From Octopus sinensis (Eukaryota), in NCBI RefSeq assembly GCF_006345805.1, contig NC_043014.1:19530001-19594000 (forward strand): DNA of 64,000 bases, read 5' to 3'. Numbering within the stretch: the stretch's first letter is position 1; every line of letters starts with the position of its first letter. Position numbers and translations under genes: made by a program. Below, piece by piece: positions 56,984-64,000 of the stretch. The notes under the pieces were generated by a model. The model was given only the letters and a program-made list of their open reading frames with translations. It was not told the origin of the DNA and did not search any database.

Positions 56984-57139
56984 TCTAAATCTCTCAACGA
57001 GAGACATTCAATAATTGTGATTTAAAGTAAAAACTATTTGCTAACATAATGTGGCAGACCCGGTTGAGACAGTAGCATCCGTCCGAAACGGGACTGCAAC
57101 ATTATGTTGGCAAGTAATCTTTATATATATAAATATTTA

Positions 57140-57281
57140 GGCGCAGGAGTGGGTATGTGGTAAGAAGCTTGCCTTCCAACCACATGGTTCCGGATTAAGT
57201 ACCATTGCGGGACAATATAACTTCGAGCCGACCAAAGCCTTGTGAGTGGATTTGTTAAACGAAAACTGAAAGAAGTACATC

Positions 57282-57370
<89 letters not shown>

Positions 57371-57399
57371 TATATATGTATATATATATTATATATATA

Positions 57400-57440
<41 letters not shown>

Positions 57441-57550
57441 TGTATGCATGTATTATGCATGTATATAAGAGTGACTCCTAGGGTCGATTTGTTCGATTAA
57501 GGCGGTTCTACAGCATGGTCGCAGTCAAATGATTGAAACAAGTAAAAGAA
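57140..57550 (+). mobile_element. SINE family A with long internal (TA)n and a deleted middle
   Basis: Head at 57140, (TA)n about 57283-57437, tail GGGTCGATTTGTTCGATTAAGGCGG...GAAACAAGTAAAAGAA. A further tail is at about 62645-62800. Confidence 0.8.
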
Positions 57551-57597
57551 ATACATACATATATATATAATATATATATATATATATGTGTGTGTTG

Positions 57598-57628
<31 letters not shown>

Positions 57629-57632
57629 TGTG

Positions 57633-57689
<57 letters not shown>

Positions 57690-59444
57690 TAAATAAACGG
57701 AACAGGATCGTAACGGACTACAATGAAAGCATACGGTGAGATGGACGATACAAAGACGGACAGGAAAACCAGGATGGAACATTCATGACTTTTTTTACAT
57801 CAGTCAAGCTTCTAATCATTATAGTTTCGGCCTGTTACACTTGAGACTATTCAAAATTGGTAGGCCCCAAGAATCTAAGCTAAGGGCATTAAGTTTTTGG
57901 AAGAAAGCGGGTGAAAGGTAAATGTATGTCTTGGAAGTGAAGTTCAGAAATTGACATTATTATAAAAAAATACAGCCATTTATTTTCTGTGTTCAAATTG
58001 AGGCAATCGAATGGGAATAGAATAATGGTTGTTAAGTCTAACTCAATAAGATACCAGTACTGTACTAGGGTAAATATAATTTGATGGACTATACTCGCCC
58101 CAGCAAAATGTATGCACTTGACCTTATTTTTAAAAAATCAATACTTCTGTCAGGCAATTTCGTCTGCAGCCGTAATACCAGAGACAAATTCTAGTTGGAA
58201 TAGCAAAAGAAATACTAAAGCGAAACCCAGCTATTATCAAACTCTGTTCAACTTTGCAACATATAATTGTAATATGTTCGTCTCATGTCTTGTATCTGAC
58301 CATTCTTCCATGGTGCTTTTGTAAGTTTTCAAAATTTCCAAATAACGCGTTGTCTCACTCTTTTTTTCTTTCTCTCTCCCAATTTCATTTTCTTTTTTTC
58401 TTTCGATCTTTTTATATTTTTCTGTATCTGTCATACGCAGTACAATGCTGTATTAACCAACCGTATCCATAATTACAATCAAATCACCGATACAGAAAAT
58501 TGTGGAAAATTTCTGCAGCGACTAGGAAAATGAAGCATTCTTTACAATCGATATCACAGTTACAACAACAATAGCGATGACAGAAGCCTTAATCGAAATG
58601 TTATTGGTGATGAAGAGGACAATGACACTGACGGCAATCACGCCGGCAATGGTGAAGAGGTTAACATTGACGGTGGTGCTGATGATAACGATGGCGACAA
58701 TCAAGATGATGGTGACTATGACGACAACGATGATGATCATGACAAAGAAAATTCATTACTTTTCAATAAGCAAAAAAAAAAAAGAAAGAAAGAAAAGAAA
58801 AAAGAAACCATTTTTTCCGTTAAAAGAGCAGTGAATTGCCGTTGAAAGTAAAATCAAAATATTGCTAGAAATATCGTCCCTATTATAAACAGCAGCCAAA
58901 TTACCCGCAAAACACTACTTACTGATATCGAAAGAAATCCAGAAAGTGGGACACTTTGCCTAGTGTAGGGACTGAAAGTTTAAATGACGGATGGTTACGA
59001 AAAGAACTACTTTCGTAATAGCCTCGCAGGATTAGAGAAAACTTGGAGATAAGCAGTAACAACTAAAAGCTGTTGACACATTAAAAACAAATACCAGTTA
59101 ATAACGACAAAAGAAGATACAAAAATATATAAAACCCACAAAGTTGAGTGTATAGCCGATCAAATTGAATCTAGTCTATTTAATAGAGCAAACTTTACGT
59201 GCTGGAGGCTTAAGCAGGGAATAAAGATCTATAAAATTAATGAACCTGGCTCAAATAAAACCAATTTAAGTGTAAAATATAGAGACATTTCTACATATTT
59301 TCAAGCATGTTGAGGCCAACGCTATGGATCGTAAGGTGTGGAATTACATAATCACCAGAATCCATTATCCAGTAGCACCCAGAGCAGTGTATTGGTTGAG
59401 AGGATATCCTTTCTCTCCGGTAGTCAGTTATGGATCTTATTAAT

Positions 59445-59770
59445 TTTACTTACATATGGTTACTTCTAAAGAGTACGGTCGTGAATACGAGCGACGTAAC
59501 GGGGTCCCTCAGAAGGATCATTGGACTCACTTCAGTTGACCTTATACATAACTCGGATTTGAGGGAGTTTCTTAAATTCGAACCATTGCTTCTCCATAGG
59601 ATTCCTATGGTATCGACCAAGAATGAGATGGCTGGATAATATGCATAGTCTCAGTTGATCAGGCATGGAATTCCATCCGGAAAGTGAAATTGTGACTGTT
59701 TCTGATAGGGCCCTAAGGAGGCGGGGCTTGAGAGGTCGACTGCACGACCCTCTTTGGAATAGTTGGTGTG
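59445..59770 (+). mobile_element. Degenerate RTE-clade LINE 3' end
   Basis: LRRIIGLTSVDLIHNSDLREFLKFEPLLLHRI (compare LRRI.G.TR.DR.RN..IR..L..EPL) then RPRMRWLDN...DR..RR, typical of the RTE ORF C-terminus. Confidence 0.65.
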
Positions 59771-59888
59771 GGAGATGGATGGGTGGCCAGATTACACCGC
59801 CAGATAAGACAACAGGGAAAACACATAAGAAACGCAAGGGTGCAACTAGTGGCAAATTGTATGAAATAGTCAAAAAACGTGATACCTC

Positions 59889-59933
<45 letters not shown>

Positions 59934-59934
<1 letters not shown>

Positions 59935-60335
59935 TTTGCTTGTCAGTTGTTTGACCTTAACCAGTTGAACAAGTCCCTTAGTGGCTGATGATATGTGCAT
60001 CTCCGATCACGAGCAGAAGTAGTGGGGGAGTATCATAGCCATGTGTTGAGAGGGATTCTTTAGGGTTTGAATAATTCACCTCTGGAAACATGGGTGTTTC
60101 GTTCAACATCCTTAAACAACTCTTACTCAGGGACCTTTTGAGCAGGTTGGGTTACTCGACCAGAAGAAAAGGTAATGCGCTGTTTATGTTGATATGAGAT
60201 CACCATGTCGTGCACATATGGCTGTGATGCATGTGCCTAGTGTACCCTTATCAGACGGGTAGTCATGATGGGTATACTGGGCTTCGTATATTTTACCCCA
60301 GTGTCACTTTGATGGCATGCACTGCTCTCTCACTC
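59934..60335 (+). mobile_element. About 400-bp non-coding interspersed element inserted in an (AAT)n tract
   Basis: (AAT)n at 59889-59933 and from 60336, with sharp boundaries TTTGCTTGTCAG... and ...CTCTCTCACTC. No ORF and no tRNA-like head. Strand is assigned only by analogy with the (TAA)n-flanked LINE. Confidence 0.65.
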
Positions 60336-60380
<45 letters not shown>

Positions 60381-60602
60381 CATTTCTACTATACGAACAA
60401 GGCCTGAAATTTGGGGACAGGGGTCCAGTCGATTAGACCGATTACAGTATGCAACTGATATTTAATTTATCGACCCCGTATGGATGAAAGGTAAAGTCGA
60501 CGTCATCGGATTTTGAACTCAAAACGTAGCGATGGGCGAAATACCGCTAAGCATTTCGTCAAGCATGCTAACGATTCTGCTAGCTCACCACATTCATAAT
60601 AG

Positions 60603-60672
<70 letters not shown>

Positions 60673-60934
60673 CTAACAAGTAGAAGAAGTGAAGTTATGA
60701 AAGGTCACGGTGTAAAAAATGCCACCATAATGTCAAGTAGAATATTTCTGTACAAGACAGGAAACGAAATTGAAGAATAACAACATGGCAAATAATGTGT
60801 TTGCAATGTGGTGAAAATACACACACACACACAATCGTGCGCATGCTCGGACACTCAATGAGCTGAATACAATTTCAATTAGTTGTATGGGTCATTCACG
60901 CACTTGCATACATGAAGCTCTGTGAATTTTATAT

Positions 60935-61040
60935 ACATGCATACATACATACATACATACATACATACATACATACATACATACATACATACATACATAC
61001 ATACATACTTACATACATACGTACGTACATACATAAATAT
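60935..61040. repeat. (CATA)n microsatellite
   Basis: Directly visible. Confidence 0.95.
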
Positions 61041-61470
61041 ATATGTATGTATAAATACATGAATATATATATATACATATATGAGGAAAAGAAAACGGAG
61101 AAACTGACACATAGGCATCAATTTATCAGAACATAATACAATTCTGAACAACATCAAACTCAATTTCACCTACAATTGTTTCCATGCCCAATTAAATCAA
61201 TTTGAGAAATTAAATTAAATTAAATTAAATTTCCATATCGAAGATTGTTAATTGAATATTTCATTAGGGGAAGAATTTGATAGAAAAGACCTACATTCCG
61301 ATGTGTTGTTTGACCCTTGATAGACTCAGATATGTGCGTTTCAGCAACAAATGTTTTTTTTTTTAAAGCGTCACTTATGTATATATAAAAGCAAACTTGT
61401 TTACTGCAGTTGTGCACTTGCATGTATAATGTGTTGTCATCCCTTTTAGAGGATTTTTATCCTTGGTTTT

Positions 61471-61508
<38 letters not shown>

Positions 61509-61556
61509 TATATAATATATTATAAATAATACATATATACATATATATATATATAT

Positions 61557-61594
<38 letters not shown>

Positions 61595-61617
61595 TAAAGA
61601 GAGAGAGAGAGAGATGC

Positions 61618-61674
<57 letters not shown>

Positions 61675-63821
61675 GAAGGTGAATATATATATATATATAT
61701 AACTGACACAAAAACGTACACTACACTTCTCTGACGTACACAAACATAGACACACACATATAGGGCCCTATCAGAAACATCTGTGATTTCACTTTATTCA
61801 CCTATACATACATATATATCAGTGTGTGCGTATATACATGAATAGATGGATGATTGATGTATCCATAAATGAATGGCACTTTGTTAGATTTACTCTTTCT
61901 TTTGCTGTTCCTATTTCGAGCCTGTATTTTTAAAAAGATTTAGTCAATGAAAAATACGGAACTACAGAGAAAATGTGAAATCAGATTTTCACTGAAAAAA
62001 TAACAGATCAATAATATAAACTTTTGGTGTTAATGAATTTGTATACCGTGAAATGGCATATACAATTATGTGTACAATGCAATCCGAATGCGCATGCGCT
62101 GAACCGAGAGCGTGTACATATATTATCTGCAGTGTTGTCCCGGTGTGTGCATGCAAGCATACAAAGATAGATACTTGCTTAAACACATATATGCATACAC
62201 ATACACACACGCACACACGCACGCACACTCATATACACACACATACCCTTACATATATCCCGGAAATTTGTTCATGATCATGTATAGATTAAAGATAAAT
62301 ACACGTATTGGTATCACTAATATTACATCGACTTGTTAAAATCATTATCAGCACAATCATTATCAAGACCACCACCAGCACCACCAACACCACCACCATC
62401 ATCATCATCATCCTCATCATCATAGTCATCATCATTGTTATCACCTTTCTTGTTCATCAGCATCTCTATCTTCGCCCTCGTTATTATGGTCACCATTGTT
62501 CTTATCACCAGCGTCGTAATCATCCTCAAATCCTTACATAACCACCGATATACTTACTATCATTATCATCAAAGCCTCATCTGTATCCCTACAAGAATAC
62601 ACACACACATCGCGTGCACATACACAGAGTTGATCTGTTATTTTTTCAGTAAGCATCTGATTTCGACAAAAAAAACCCGATAGAATAAGTACCAGGCTTT
62701 AAAAAGTTAGTAGTAGGGTCGATTCATTTAATCGTCTAAAAATTCAAGGCGGTGCCTCGGCATGACTACAGTCTAATGACTGTAACAAGTAAAAAGATTA
62801 AAAGAAGAAGATAAAAAGGATTATTTTCAAAGTTCCTAGAAAGAAAGGCAGAGTATCTCAACAGTAGTATGGTAACAAAAGCATTAAATTGACATTTTAT
62901 CTTCGCCTTTCTTTATCATTGAGTGAAATACGAGTTGAATACAAATTCTATTTTCTTTTCACTTATACTTGTTCATCGATAATACGGACTCTGTTTATCT
63001 CTTTGGGCTTTTGCTAATAACATGCCCGCTGATAATACGTATTGGATGTTTTCATTATTCTTTTTTTACCCATCTTTCTCTGTGGTCTTTCTTCTTTAAT
63101 CTTTTAGTTCGTGTGCAAAACTAGTATTAAAGATATTTACATATGGAATCCCTAATACGACATGAAAGTATTTAACCAACCAAAAAAAACCCCGCCTTGT
63201 TGTATCAACATATATAGAAAACTATTTTGATTAACGATTTGTAATTAAAAAGTAAATAAATAAATGAAACTAACTTCTTATATCGAATTATCAAGGAGTA
63301 TAAATGTGTAATAAATGAGTTAGATTAAATTTAGCTAAAGATAACATGACACGACTTGTTAATTCTTTTCACATGAGATATAAAAATGTTATATATGCAA
63401 TCGATAAAATGTTATATTTAAAAACACAATAATAATTAATTGAAGACACTTTGAAATATATGCATCACGAATATAGAACTCTTGACTTAATAAATAACTT
63501 TTTTTTAGAAAAGATAGATACGATTGAAAAAGACTTGTACGTCATATCGTATCATTTTCATCTCTCATTATTGCTGAGTGCATTTATATACAATTTCAAA
63601 TAAACAATAAAAAAAAGAAATACAGCGAAATGAATGATATTATTAATGTCGTCTCATTAAAGCACGTACGTCATATATTCATGTACAGATCTGGATATCT
63701 GGTTGTATGTTACACCATTATACACAAACACACACATACAAGTAAGCACATAAATGCAAAACAAAGTGGAAAAATATCGTGGAAAAAATAGTACTCGAAT
63801 GACAAAGTATTCTTTAAAGAA

Positions 63822-63858
<37 letters not shown>

Positions 63859-64000
63859 AAGGGTGAAAAGGAACAAGTGCAAACAAGGGAGTCAGAGAAA
63901 GGCAGAATGCCACTTATATCTGAACACTACTATAGAAATATTCCTTTAAAAAAACTTTTCTTCTAATTTTTCTAAATTTAATTAATTAATCGTTACAGTT

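Noticed and set aside
58550-58800. Acidic D/N/G-rich open frame (NNSDDRSLNRNVIGDEEDND...)
   Set aside because: It has no ATG or splice acceptor and is best explained as a decayed (GAT)n microsatellite, common in this window.

Overview
This is a eukaryotic, AT-rich, microsatellite-saturated window. Its SINE families look like those of Octopus (cephalopod) genomes; this is recognised from memory, not from a search. I found no convincing host protein-coding gene, rRNA, tRNA gene or CRISPR array, so the window reads as intergenic or intronic. Almost all long ORFs in the supplied track are microsatellite artefacts. Mobile-element debris identified: at least six Penelope-like element (PLE) fragments (RT and GIY-YIG), two decayed R4/Dong-like LINEs, one RTE LINE 3' end, three Tc1/mariner-superfamily elements (DD37E, DD37D, and a deleted DD41D-like one), a TTAA MITE, a Helentron-associated-like element and many tRNA-derived SINEs. 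The main non-annotated signal is a set of self-cleaving RNA motifs. A 590-bp insert at 1434-2023 is flanked by a 13-bp direct repeat (probable TSD) and carries two intact type I hammerhead ribozymes 352 nt apart, i.e. a retrozyme-like, potentially circRNA-producing unit. A third hammerhead on the minus strand at 55525-55563 has helix II reduced to a loopless GC, like engineered dimeric minizymes. Other structure includes a PLE fold-back palindrome, a 400-bp element inserted in (TAA)n, an apparently identical 800-bp tandem duplication and an unexplained GC-rich structured island.
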